Source of the DNA: Mobula hypostoma
Taxonomy: Eukaryota
Assembly (NCBI RefSeq): GCF_963921235.1
Contig: NC_086101.1
Location: 15,686,001-15,750,000, forward strand
Direction: 5' to 3'
Length of the DNA: 64,000 nucleotides
The translations under genes were made by a program, and so were the position numbers. The notes beneath the pieces were generated by a model. It was not told the DNA's origin. It made no database searches and saw only the letters and a list, made by a program, of their open reading frames with translations. How positions within the stretch are numbered: the first letter of the stretch is position 1; each line of letters begins with the position of its first letter. This document shows, piece by piece, positions 21,472 to 33,957 of the stretch.

Positions 21472-23030
21472 CAGAGCCTATAAAAATTATTCACCCCCCC
21501 CCAGAAGCTTTCGTGTTTTTATTGTTTTATAACATTGAATCACAATGGATTTAATTTAAATATAAAACACAAAGAAACTGATTACATGATTATTCTCCCC
21601 CTTCAAGTCAGTATTCAGTAGATGCACCTTTGGCAGCAATTACAGCCTTGGGTCTGTGAGGATAGGTTTCCATCAGCTTTGCACATCTGGACATGGCAAT
21701 TTTTCCCCATCCTTCTTTACAAAACTGCTCAAGCTCTGTCAGATTGCATGGGGATCATGAGTGAACAGCCCTTTTCCAGTCCAGCCACATATCCTCAGTT
21801 GGATTGAGGTCTTGACTCTGACTTGGTCACTTCAGGACATTTAACTTTTAAACCATTTATGTGTAGCTTTAGCTTTATGCTTAGGGTCATTGTCTTGCTG
21901 GAAAACAAATTTTCTCCCAAATTGCAGACCTCTTGCAGACTGTATCAGGTTTTCCTCCAGGATTTCCCTGTATCTTGCTGCATTCATTTTACCCTCTACC
22001 TTCACAAGTCTTCCAGGACCTGCTGCAGTGAAGCGTCCCCTCAGCATGATGCAGCTACTGCCATGCTTCAGGTAGGGATGGTGAGTTTTCGATGATGTGC
22101 GGTGTTTGGCTTATGCCAAACATAATGTTTAGTCTGATAGCCAAAATGCTCTATTTTGGCTTCATCAGACCATAGAACCTTCTTCCAGCTGACTTCTGAG
22201 TCTCTCACATGCCTTCTGGCAAACTCTAGCTGAGATTTCATGTGAGTTTTTTTCTACAGTGGCTTTTTCTTTGCCACTTTCCCATAAAGCTGTGACTGGA
22301 GAAGCACCTGGGAAACAGTTGTTGTATGTGCAGTCTCTCCCATCTCAGCCACTGAAGCGTGTAACTACTCCGGAGTTGTTACAGGTCTCTTGGTGGCCTC
22401 CCTCACTAGTCCCCTTCTTGCACGGTCACTCAGTTTTTGAGGACTGCCTGCTCCAGGCTGATTTACAGCTGTGCCATATTCTTTCCAGTTCCAGATGATT
22501 GACTTAACTGTACTCCAAGGGATATTCAGTGACTTGGAAATTTTCTTGCATCCATCTCCTGACTTGTGCTTTTCAACAATCTTTTCGTGGAGTTGGTTGG
22601 AGTGTTCTTTTGTCTTCATGGTGTAGTTTTTGCCAGGATACTGACTCACCAGCAGTTGGACCTTCCAGGTACAGGTGTACTTTTACTACGATCAATTGAA
22701 ACACCTTGACTGCACACAATTCCCCAAAAGCAGATCTCCTTTTAACTAATTGTTTGGCTTCTAAAATCAATTGGCTGCACCAGTGATGATTTGGTGTGCC
22801 ATATTAAAAGGGGGGAGGGGAGGGTGAATATTTATGCAATCGATTATTTTGTCTTTAATATTTGTAATTAATTTAGATCACTTTGTAGAGATCTGTTTTC
22901 ACTTTGACACTAAAGAGTCTTTTTCTGTTGATCAGTGTCAAAAAAGCCAAATTAAATCCATTGTGATTCAATGATGTCAAACAATAAAAAATGAAATCTT
23001 CCACGGGGGCGAGGTGTGCTGTACATACTG
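21472..23030 (-). mobile_element. Tc1-family DNA transposon, near full length, transposase disrupted
   Basis: TA flanks on both sides; left TIR 'cagagcctataaaaattattcacc'; fragments MKTKEHSNQLHEKIVEKHKSG (paired domain) and FVFQQDNDPKHKAK (DDE) on the - strand. Confidence 0.9.
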
Positions 23031-23036
23031 TATATA

Positions 23037-23828
23037 CAGTGGGTTCTGCTTAATTAGTCCATTGGTTAACTGGGACAGCTACTTATTTGGGACAACTCTT
23101 AAAGAGCAAAAAAACTAATAGAGGAATTATTTGGGATTCACTTTGTTTATTTGGGACACTATGTCACTTAATTGGGACAGGAGACTGTTGCCGAACAGTT
23201 TCTAACTACCGTCAGTCGTTTGCACTTGTGTGGCCGTTAGACACTACATCATGCGTAGAGTAATCAGTTTTTAAGAGTGTTTAGTTGCATGTGTCTGTGT
23301 TCAAGAAGCAGTTGGTGAAAAATAAGCAGTAAGACAATTCAGAGCTGTTCTGCTCACTGCAATTTCAAGTATTCGGACTTGCAGGGCATCCAGAAAAGGC
23401 CACAAGTGAAAATAAAATGATATCACTATTTGAACATTGACGATTCAAAGATCATTGCCAGAGGCTCAGCAATCTCCTCCCTTGCCTCCCACAGAATCCC
23501 GGGGTACATCAATGTCTTCCCCCCTTCATTTTCAGTCCCAAGGAAGGGTCTTGGTGCAAAACGTCGACTGTTTATTCATTTCCATAGATGCTACCCGACC
23601 TGCTGAGTTCCTCCAGCAATTTGTGTGTGTTGCACAGTTTCATCATACTGTAGCATTGGTAATGTTCTAATTAATTCTATATTTCATTTAAATACCTGGT
23701 TTGTGATTTAGCTTGTCTTTTTAACATATTTTTATCTATTTCCAAAAAACTTTGACTAATTGGGGCAGCCACCTAATTGGGTCAAAATCTGCTAGCCCCA
23801 ATGTGCTCTAATTAAATGGAATCCACTG
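23037..23828. mobile_element. Tigger/pogo-like non-autonomous element containing a nested Penelope-like terminus (~23510-23635)
   Basis: Imperfect TIRs 'cagtgggttctgcttaattag' / 'ctaattaaatggaatccactg'; left end preceded by TA. Confidence 0.55.
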
Positions 23829-24563
23829 TGTAAAAAGAAACACACAGAAAATACTGGAGGAACTTCAGTCCTGAAGAAGCATCTCGGTCCTAAATGCTAA
23901 CTGTTTTCTCTTTTCTGTAGATACTGCCTGGCCTGCTAATTTCCTCCAGCATTTTGTCTGTGTTGCTTTGGATTTCCAGCATCTGTAGATTTTCTCTTGT
24001 TTGTGAATCCACTGTGTCTAATACAGTATTATATCTATAAAAATGGTATATGTGTGCAGTATAGAAATATTATATTTATCATTTGCACAATTCGTCATCA
24101 GTATTTATTTATTTACTTATTTATGGAGATAATGCCTAGAATAGGCCCTTCATGTCGTGCCACACAGCAACCCCCGATTTAACCCTGTTTATGTATAGAT
24201 TTTCATAAATTCTATTGTATTTCTTTATCTTTGCCGGCAGGAAGTTGAATCTCAAAGTCATATATACTTTGTCATGAATGGGGCAGGTGGAGTTAGGCCT
24301 GTCAAGGTCTTAAGAAGTAAGGCTAAACGATAATCCACCCAGTGATGTGTCCTCCGTTGGACTCTAAATGGAGCGTTTGAGGGACTGGAGGATGCAGTGG
24401 TAATGCAAATGTTGAAGTCCATCCCAAAGGGTGATGCAGAGGGGCAGCTTTCCTCTGATGCAGATGGTCATATAGGCACTTCAGACCCGAGGAAGGGTCT
24501 CCACCTGAGACGCTGACTGCCCATTTCCCTCCACAGGTTCTACCTGACCCAGTGAGGGGTCCT

Positions 24564-24675
24564 TCAGCACCTTTGTGTGGTGTTGGGTTTTCCAGCGCAT
24601 AGCGCAACACTGCCCCCCGCTGGCCGGCACCCTTTCACTGCAACTCTGTCCTCTACCGACGGGAGTGAAGCACTG
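24564..24675 (-). CDS. NCR3-like copy A, candidate cytoplasmic/terminal exon
   Basis: The polypyrimidine acceptor cttttcttctctctggtccag| (24675) gives TVLHSRR* in phase 1; the alternative tag| (24652) gives KDRVAVKGCRPAGGSVALCAGKPNTTQRC*. The segment is conserved in the paralog at 51782-51873. Confidence 0.45.
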
Positions 24676-25392
24676 CTGGACCAGAGAGAAGAAAAGCACA
24701 TCTCACTTTGTCTCTTTTCAAGGTTTAACAGTTCAAAGTACATTATTATTATCACAGTATATATACCACATGCAACCCTGAGATGGAGATCGTTGCAGGC
24801 AGACACAAAACAAAGAAAAAACACACTAGAATCCACGATAAAAAAAACAAAGACCTTCAGACAAGCAATGTGCAAAAAGAAAAGAATAAACTGCAAATAA
24901 TAAAAATTGACACACAGAACATGAACTGCAGAGTCCCTGAATGTGAGCCCACGGCCAAAGATCCAGTTCAGTGCTGAGAACCTCACGGGGTGGTGAGCTG
25001 AACATCAGTTGGTCTTTTACCATCGACCTTGACACCTTAACTTTTTAAATCTGACTTGTGCATAAATCGGTTAAGCATTGGTTCATTTCCTGCTCTTGGT
25101 CCTGGGGTATGCTGCTTCAATCCGGCCCAAAGTCCACTCCAGCAACGGCTGCTGTGGCCCAGCTGCATTCTTGTGGGTCCGAGTCATTTGGGTGTACTTA
25201 AAGCAGAACTGACATGTTCTTGATTGGTTTTGCTGTCAAAGGTTACGGGGAAGGCAGGAGGACGGGGTCGCGAGGGAAAAGAAAACACCCAATACAGAAT
25301 GGTGGAGCAGACTTGATGGGCCGAATGACCAACTCCTACTATGTCTTATGATCTTAAACTGATCGGAGAGGTAAAAGATCAAATGCTATTAC

Positions 25393-25506
25393 TTTCTGCT
25401 CTGAGGGTTTTGCTATGAAACAGGATGCTGCAGAGCAGGATGCTCCCTTGTATCCCAAAGGCCGCTAACAGGATCACCAGGTGAATCACGATGGCTGTCA
25501 GTTTGC
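25393..25506 (-). CDS. NCR3-like copy A, transmembrane exon
   Basis: ctcccccctcag|(R)KLTAIVIHLVILLAAFGIQGSILLCSILFHSKTLRAE|gtaata; 114 nt, phase 1-1; same length and donor position as in the paralog. Confidence 0.85.
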
Positions 25507-25628
25507 CTGAGGGGGGAGAAACAAGTCAGAACACACAAGCACAAATGGGCCATTTGGCCCTTCGAGACTGATGAAGCACGCAGTGACATGGTAGCCAACC
25601 TGAAAGTCTTTAACCCCACTGGTGAAAT

Positions 25629-26174
25629 CTTTCTTTCTTTATTAGTCTTTTTATTGATTTAAAAGAAGCATAAATACAATCAAGAGGGGAATTATCTCAA
25701 ATATATATATCAGTAACAATACAAACCAAGATTAAGATAGACATTGTCAAAATCATAGATATTGTTAAACCGGTAGAAAATATATAATAAAAAAATGAAA
25801 ACAGCAATTCTCCTCTTGTCAGTTTATGAAGAGAAAAGAAAAAACTTTGAGCTTTAAATTAAGAGAAAAATAACCCCACTACACTATATTTAAAAAAAAA
25901 CAAAAAAAAAAGGGACTGGGCAGTCCATTTTGAGGATACGACCCAAAAAAAAAGAAAAAAACAGACTTTCTGATCAAATCTAAAACTTCGAAAAAAAGAT
26001 TGAAGGAGTAATAAATCAAATTAAATGAAAATATTTGATACAAGGTTGTCAGATTTGCTCAAACTTAAAGGATGTGTGAATTGTCTGACTTCTGATTTTC
26101 TCTAAACTTAAACAGGACATAATAGAGGACAGCCAATGAAAGACTGTAGGTAGATTAGAGTCTTTCCAGTTCAT
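25629..26174 (-). mobile_element. Tx1/L1-clade 3' fragment inserted in the V-TM intron of copy A
   Basis: Encodes WKDSNLPTVFHWLSSIMSCLSLEKIR; flanked by the direct repeat TGGTGAAAT (25620-25628 and 26175-26183); empty site present at ~60965. Confidence 0.8.
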
Positions 26175-26789
26175 TGGTGAAATAATTCCTGTCACTGCCA
26201 CACCCCCTCCTCCCAATTCCAGGACAGAAAGCATAGGGAAGTTGCTCTTCCAATAATTGTATAGGATGACCGAGAGGTGCTAAAATCACATCCAGCGTTG
26301 ATCTTTGAATAACATTTGTCCCAGTCCCACACTAATCCCATTTATTTTCCTATTAATTATACTAATAACTGATCCTCCCCACCTTCCTTTCAAATCCCCC
26401 GAGTTTCTACCATTTCCCAAGGGAGTAATTTACAGAATCAACTAAACCACCAACCCACATGTCTTTGCGATGTGGGAGGAAACCAGAGCACCCCAAGGTG
26501 AGGGTTGGCCACACTGACACAGGAAGAATCCATTGAAAATAGGATAGGACAGAGAGGGAGGAGGACAGAATGTGACCCACTGCCCACCACGTCCCAAGGG
26601 GGAGAGGACAGTGTGTGACCCACTGCCCCACCTGGTCCAAGAGAGGAAGGAGGAGTGTGTGACCCACTGCCACTCTTCTATAATCTGCACACTGAGCCAA
26701 TCATTGTTGATGGGTTGATAAGTATGTGATCTCCAGCCAGTCACCCCAATGTAATTCTTCTTATCTTCAGTCTCCCATCTACAGAGACT

Positions 26790-29270
26790 TGGATGGCTCA
26801 GGGGCAGGAATGTCTACTTAGAGAGCCAGGCTTCAAATGTTTCAGAAAAGACAAGGAAGGAGGCAGAGGAGGAGGGGGCGTGGCATTGTTGATCAGAGAT
26901 AGCGTCATGGTTGCAGAAAAGGAGGAAATCAGGGAGAGATTGTCTACTGAGCCTCTGTGGGCGGAAGTTAGAAACAGGAAGGGGGAAATAACTCTATTGG
27001 GAGTTTTTTTTATCGACCACCCAATAGTAAAAGAGAAAGGTGCAATAATAACAGGTTGTTGTGGTGGGAGATTTTAATTTCCCAAATATTGATTGGCATC
27101 TTCCTAGAGTGAGGGGTTTAGATGGGGTGGAGTTTGTTCAGAAAGGTTTCTTGACACAATATGTAGATAAGCCTACAAGAGGAGAGGCTATACTTGATCT
27201 GGTATTTGGAAGTGAGTAGGAGAGCATTTTGGAGACAGTGATCACAATTCTATCTCCTTTACCATAGCATTGGAGAGGGATAGGAACAGACAAGTTAGGG
27301 AAACATTTAATTGGAGTAAGGGGAAATATGAGGCTATCAGGCAGGAACTTGGAAGCATAAACTGGAAACAGATGTTCTCAGTGAAATGTATGGAAGAAAT
27401 GTGGCAAATGTTCCGGGGATATTTGCGTGGAGTTCTGAGTAGGTACGTTCCAATGAGACATGGAAAGGATGGCAGGGTACAAGATCCATGGTGTACAAAG
27501 GCTGTTGTAAATCTAGTCCAGATGAAAAGAAAAGCTTACAAAAGGTTCAAAAAACTAGGTAATGATATGAATCTAGAAGATTATAAGGCGAGCAAGAAGG
27601 AGCTTAAGAATGAAATTAGGAGAGCCAGAAGGGGACATGAGAAGGCCTTGGTGGTCAGGATTAAGGAAAACCCCAAGGCATTCTACAAGTATGTGAAGAG
27701 CAAGAGGATAAGACGTGAGATAATAGGACCAATTAAGTGTGACAATGGAAAAGTGTGTATGGAACCGGAGGAAATAGTGGGAGTACTTAATGAATACTTT
27801 GCTTCAGTATTCACTGTGGAAAAGGATCTTGGCAATTATAAGGATGACTTGCAGTGGACTAAAATGCTTGAGAATATAGATATTAAGAAACAGGATGTGC
27901 TGGAGCTTTTGGAAAACGTCAAGTTTGATAAGTCACCGGGACCAGATGGGATGTACCCTGGGATTCTGTGGGAGGCAAGGGAAGGAAATTGCTGAGCCTC
28001 TGGCAATGATCTTTGCATATCAATGAGGACAGGAGAGGTTCTGGAGGATTGGAGGGTTACGGATGTTGTTCCCTTATTCAAGAAAAGGAGTAGGTATAGC
28101 CCAGGAAATTATAGGTGAGTGAGTCTTACTTCACTGGCTGATAAGTTGATGGAGAAGATTCTGAGAGGCAGGATTTATGAACATTTGGAGAGGCATAATA
28201 TGATTAGGAATAGTCAGCATGGCTTTGTCAAAGGCAGGTCGTGCCTTACAAACCTGGTTGAATTTTTTGAGGATATGACTAAACACATTGATGATGGTAG
28301 AGCCATAGATGTTGTGTATGTGGATTTTAGCAAAGCACTTGATAAGGTACCCCATGCAAGGCTTATTGAGAAAGTAAGGAGGCATGAGATCCAAGGGGGC
28401 ATTGATTTGTGGATACAGAACTGGGTTGCCACAGAAGGCAAAGAGTGGTTGTAGACATGTCATATTCTGCATGGAGGCCGGTGACCAGTGGTGTGCCTCA
28501 GGGATGTGTTCTGGGACCCGTACTCTTTGTGATTTTTATAAATGACCTGGATGAGGAAGTGGATGGATGGGTTAGTAAATTTGCTGATGACACAAAGGTT
28601 GTGTGTGTTGTGGACAGTGTGGAGGTCTGTCAGAGGTTACAACGGGACATTGATAGGATGCAAAACAGGGCTGAGAAGTGGCTGATGGAGTTCAACCCAG
28701 ATAAGTGTGAGGTGGTTCATTTTGGTAGGTCAAATATGATGGCAGAATATAGCATTAATGGCAAGACTCTTGGCAGTGTGGAGGATCTTGGGGTCCAAGT
28801 CCATAGGACACTCAAAGCTGCTACGCAGGTTGACTCTGTGGTTAGGAAGGCATACGGTGCATTGGACTTCATCAATCGTGGGATTGAATTTAAGAGCCGA
28901 GAGGTAATGTTGCAGCTATATAGGACTCTGGTCAGACCCCATTTGGAGTACTGTGCTCATTTCTAGTCGGCTCACTATAGGAAGGATGTGTAAACCATAG
29001 AAAGGGTGCAGAGGAGATTTACAAGGATGTTGCCTGGATTAGGAAGAATGCCGTATGAGAATAGGTTAAGTGAACTCGACCTTTTCTCTTTGGAGCGATG
29101 AAGGATGAGAGGTGACTTGGTAGAGATGTACAAGATAATGAGAGGCATTGATTGTGTGGATAGTCAGAGGCTTTTCTCCAGGGCTGAAATTGCTAACACG
29201 AGAGTGCATAGTTTTAAGGTGCTTGGAAGTAGGTACAGAGGAGATGTCAGGGGTTAATTTTTTTTTTACG
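26790..29270 (+). mobile_element. CR1 LINE (APE + RT), degraded
   Basis: GGGGVALLIRDS, GRF/GDFNFP, ENPKAFYKYVKSKR, KSPGPDGMYP, QHGFVKGRSCLTNL, RPHLEYC in successive frameshifted ORFs. Confidence 0.93.
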
Positions 29271-29368
29271 CAAAGTGTGGGGAAACCGGACAGGGCTCCA
29301 GAAATAGAAAGTTGATGGGGGTGGGTGGTAATAAGCTCAGTATTGTTTCGGGCTGGGGAACCACTCAC

Positions 29369-29698
29369 GTGTGTGACTCACGGTCAGCCGTACACCCTCT
29401 CCGATTTCCACGCCAATCCCGTCTATCCGTACTTTGCAGTAATACATTCCAGAATCGCTCTCCCTCACGTCCACCAGCTTTATGGAAACTTTGAATGAAT
29501 CCTCCTGGTCAGGCCCAAGGATGCGCCCTGCAAACTCTGCCGTCCCGTTGGAGACTTCGGATGTGTTCCGGTACCAGCTGTAGAACACGGTGTCTCCAGA
29601 GTGATTGGCATTATGGCTACAGACCATGAGGACCGTTTCACCCTCACCTGCAAATATACTGGACTGGCCTTGCGTAACTGTGAAGCTCTTGCTTTTTC
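29369..29698 (-). CDS. NCR3: NKp30/NCR3-like receptor copy A, V-type Ig exon (paralog of a multigene family)
   Basis: cccactgcag|GKSKSFTVTQGQSSIFAGEGETVLMVCSHNANHSGDTVFYSWYRNTSEVSNGTAEFAGRILGPDQEDSFKVSIKLVDVRESDSGMYYCKVRIDGIGVEIGEGVRLTVSHT|gtgagt; 330 nt, phase 1-1. B-strand C, C-strand W and DSGxYYC are present. EVSNGTAEFAGRI and GIGVEIGEGVRL parallel human NKp30 EVRNGTPEFRGRL and GLGVGTGNGTRL as recalled. Confidence 0.88.
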
Positions 29699-30159
29699 CT
29701 GCAGTGGGAAAGGAGAAAGTCAATGCTTCCCATTTGGAAGTTGGCCATTGGGGTGAGAATTCAGGCCCAGTGTTAAAGGCTGGACACATTCAACATTTGA
29801 GATTGTTTGTTGTCAATTGTCAGTACAAGAGTTTAAAGGGGGATGAAATCATTGTTTCTCCAGTTCTGATGCAGCAGTAAAAAGAGACAATAAGCATAAA
29901 AACAAAAAAATATATAAATATACATCCATCCTATAAAACACAATGCACAAGTAACTGTAAAGTGGCAGTGCATGGGAAGGGTGCTGAGGGCTATGGAGAG
30001 GAGTGGCTGATGTGGATGTAGTGGTGGGTTAATGGTGGAGGTGTTGGTCAACCTGGTAACATTGGATGAAGTATCTGGTTTTTCAGTCTGCTCCTTGATG
30101 GTGGGCAGTCTGATGCCAGGGATATGTTCTGTATTTTGAAGAGTTTGGATGACAAGCTG

Positions 30160-30610
30160 TTCATTGGCTTGTCATACGAAGAGTGTTTGATGGCTCTGGG
30201 CCTGTATTCGCTGGAATTTTGAAGAACGAGGGGTGATCTCATTGAAACCAATCGAATGGTGAAAGCCTCAATAGAGTGGATATGGAGAGGATGTTTCCTC
30301 TGGTGGGAGAGTCTAAGATGAGTGGACACAGCCTCAGAAATGAGAGGCATCCTTTTAGAACAGAGATGAGGAGGAATTTCTTTAGCCAGAGAGTGGAGAA
30401 TCTGTGGAATTCTTTGCCACAGGCTCCTGTAGGGGCCAAGTGTTTATGGATATTTAAGGCAGAGGTTGATAGATTCTTGTTTGGTCTGTGCGTGAAGGGA
30501 TATGGGGAGAAGGGAAGAGATTGAGGCTGAGAGGAAAATAGATCAGACATGATGAAATGGCAGATCAGACTCAATGGGCCAAATGGACTAATTCTACATC
30601 TATATCTTAT
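30160..30610 (+). mobile_element. CR1 3' fragment
   Basis: [32 protein letters not shown]. Confidence 0.85.
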
Positions 30611-30619
30611 GGTGTTATT

Positions 30620-31090
30620 TAACTACCTGCTGTAGAGTCATCCTATCCATCACTGTGAGTTTCTGTACCACACAGCGATCCAGCATGTTAGGATGCTCTC
30701 TACTGTGCATGCAAACATGTTCCATAACTTGGGCAATCTGAACTTCCCTCTGCAACTCCATCCTTGCCATCCTCACTGGGAGACCAGAGTCTGTGCAGGT
30801 TGGAAATAACATCACCACCTCGTTGACGATCAACACTGGTGTACCTCAAGGATGCATGCTTGGCCCACTGCTCTACTATCTCTACACTGACAATTGTGTG
30901 GCCAGGCACAGCTCAAATGCTATTTATAAATTTGCTGTCGTCACAATTATTTTTGGCAAAATTTTAGATGGTGATGAGGAGGTGTACAGGAGTGAGAAAG
31001 ACCAGCTGGTTGAGTGGTGTTGCAACAACAACCTTGAATTTAACATCAATGAGACCAAGAAATTGATTGTGTACTTCAGGAAGAGGAGGT
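30620..31090 (+). mobile_element. Rex1/Babar-like RT fragments
   Basis: ORF 30793-31128 LTINTGVPQGCMLGPLLYYLYTDNC...KFAVVT. Confidence 0.7.
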
Positions 31091-33713
31091 TGGTGCTGAT
31101 GACGTCATCGTTCAGAATGGCAGCTTAAATCAATAGCTCCTCTGGAAAAACGCACATTTTGCCCCGTTAATCCATCAAATATAAGATCTTTCGAAAATAT
31201 TTGAATTGATAAGGGGGGCAAGAATGGGGAAGAAGAATGGAGATAAAAAAAGCATCCCTGCGGAGCCCATGGGAGAGAGAGGTACAAAGCGCGGCTCTCC
31301 TACACGTGCGTGTGGCGGCGAGACTGACGCGGGGCCTCCTGCAGGCGAAGCGGCAAATACGATAAGGATTTTGGAAGGGATAAGGGAAGTCCAAAAAGAT
31401 ATAAAACAGCAACTCAATGATATAAAGTCAGAGCTCGCCAATGTCAATCAGAAAATAGCGGTGGCAGAGACTCGAATTGAGAAGGTGGAAGATCGCGTGC
31501 AAAACGTGGAACAGATACTAAGTAAGACGATAAAAATCCTCAACAGGAAATTAAATTGCTTGACCAGGAGGGAAGATCCCGACAGAAAAATATCAGGATT
31601 TATAATGTTCCCGAAGGAGCGCAGGGATTGTCGATGATAGGCTTTGTAGACTTTGCGGGAAGCGCTGGAGACTCCCCCGACTATAGAGATTGAAACTGAG
31701 AGGGCGCATCGTTCGCTCGTCCCGCGGCCCTCCGGAGACAGAGAAGGTAAACCGCGATCCACAGTATTGAAATTCCTTCGATTCAAGAGCAAGGCAGAGA
31801 TTCTACGAAGGGCCTGGGGGAAGAAGAGGGTTTTTTGGAACGGGAAGTTACTATACTTTGATCATGATTATCCCCCGGCAGTCCTACAGAAATGGAAGCA
31901 GTATTCCGAAGCGAAACGAATATTAAAGGAAGAAAAGATTAAATTCCAAACCCCGTACGCTGCTAAACTGAGGGTATTTTACCAAGAAGGGATACGACTA
32001 TATCAGACAGTGGAAGAGGCGACTACAGACATGAAGAACGGAGGACTGCCCATTAGCGTGGTCAGACCGAGGGAAAGTCTGGCTGAGCAGTTATCCCGAT
32101 CTGCTTGGGAAATTGTAAGAGAGCCGAGAAAGCAGGAGACGGGAGCAGGACGAGAGAAGAATATTAGAAAGAGACTGTGAGTTCTCCGAGGACAGCCCTC
32201 ATCTCCTCCAGAAGAGTCATAATGTTTGGCTAACTTTAAAAGTGCTGATAAACTAAACGGAAGCAAAGATAGACGGTGATACACCTATCTCGAGAAATAC
32301 CTATTATAATATGGATGTGATATTACACAATTTTAAAAAATTCATTGATTAATTCCTTTTCCCCCAACTAAGTGAGAATATATACATGGGAGGAATAAAC
32401 AGGGAAATCACTTCTGTGTAATGGACATAGATTTTTTTTACTTACTTTTATAGGTAATGCAGCGGGGGCCCTCAACTCACAGGTAGGAGGGGCTATTCCC
32501 CCATGGCCAGACGTTTCTTCTAGCTCAACCCAGGGTCATCTAGAGACCCCGGCCTTGGAATCACACCTTCATTATCTTTTTTTTATTATTATTCGCGTTT
32601 CTTGGCTCTTATTTGTTCAGGGAGTAGATCAATTCAGTTATATTCTGCAAATTTCAATGATATACTAACAGATAAATACACATGGTTAAGGACAAAGTAA
32701 AATTAATTTCTTGCTGTTGAATCCAGTGAAGCGCAGTAAAATTCTATCAAAAATGAAATAAGGAACAAGCCCATGTAGTATATTTACAGGAAACTCACTT
32801 AAGTGATAATGAGCATGGAAAATTAAAGAGAATGGGCTTTATTAATTTGTTTTGCTCCTCATATAAATCAGGACATAGAAGAGGAGTTGCTATTCTCATC
32901 TCAAGCAGCTAAATTTTGAAGAAGTTTTCGAAATGGGAGATAAACAGGAGAGATATATTCTGGTAAGGGGCAATATAGATGGAAATCCAGTTACTTTATT
33001 GAATATATACACACCCCCAGGAAGTGGTAGTAGTTTCTTCCAGAAAATTACTAATACTATGGTAACGGAAACAGAATGTCTTTTGATATGTGGGGGAGAC
33101 TTAAATTTACAATTACAACCAAAGTTAGACTCTTCCAATAGAAAAACTTATGAAACAAAGTCGTTACATAAGAAAATTAATACACTTTTTGAGGATGTTG
33201 GTGTAATTGATATATGGAGGGACCTTTTCCCCGACTGAAGGGATTACACTCATTATTCTGCCCCCCATTCTGTTTATACAAGAACAGACTATTTCATAAC
33301 ATTTGAAAAAGATAGGGACAAAATAATCACCTGTGGAATTGGGACAATAGATGTAAGTGACCATGCACCTATATATTTATCTGTTGATTTTGACCTACGA
33401 CCAAAGAATACTATTTGGAAACTAAATTCAAGTCTACTCAATGATCCCTATTTTAAGGAACAAATTAAAAAAGAAATTGGTCTTTACTTAGAATTCAGTG
33501 ATAATGGAGAGGTTTCACCTCCCATTCTATGGGATACTCTGAAGGCTGTCTTAAGAGGGAAAATTATAGCGATATCTTCATAAAAGAAAAAAATAAGGAA
33601 TAAAACATTAAAGGAATTACAAAATAAGCTGAAGGAATGAGAAAAAAAACACAAATTGAGTTTGGCACAGGATACACTAGAGGGAATTTAAAAAATAGGG
33701 ATGTTATTAATAG

Positions 33714-33957
33714 CAACACACTTCAAAGTTGCTGGTGAACGCAGCAGGCCAGGCAGCATCTCTAGGAAGAGGTACAGTCGACGTTTCAGGCCGAGACCCT
33801 TCGTCAGGACTAACGTCAGGACGCAGGGTCTCGGCCCGAAACATCACTGTACCTCTTCCTAAAGATGCTGCCTCGCCTGCTGCGTTCACCAGCAACTTTA
33901 ATGTGTGTTGCTTGAATTTCCAACATCTGCAGAACTCCTCGTGTTTGCGTTGAATGA
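33714..33957. mobile_element. Palindromic Penelope-like terminus insertion inside the L1-like element
   Basis: ~100 bp inverted arms (33714-33812 vs ~33815-33910); flanked by the direct repeat TATTAATAG (33705-33713, 33958-33966). Confidence 0.8.
33775..33812 (-). ncRNA. Minimal type I hammerhead ribozyme motif
   Basis: - strand TAGTC-CTGACGA-AGG GTCTCGG CCT-GAAAC-GTC-GACTG has an intact CUGANGA/GAAA core, stem II, palindromic ACGU stem III, GUC cleavage triplet and stem I. Activity is not demonstrable from sequence. Confidence 0.7.

Noticed and set aside
24564-24675. TRAF-binding motif (PxQxT or [PSAT]x[QE]E) in receptor tails linking the neighbouring genes functionally
   Set aside because: No such motif in the candidate tail frames examined.
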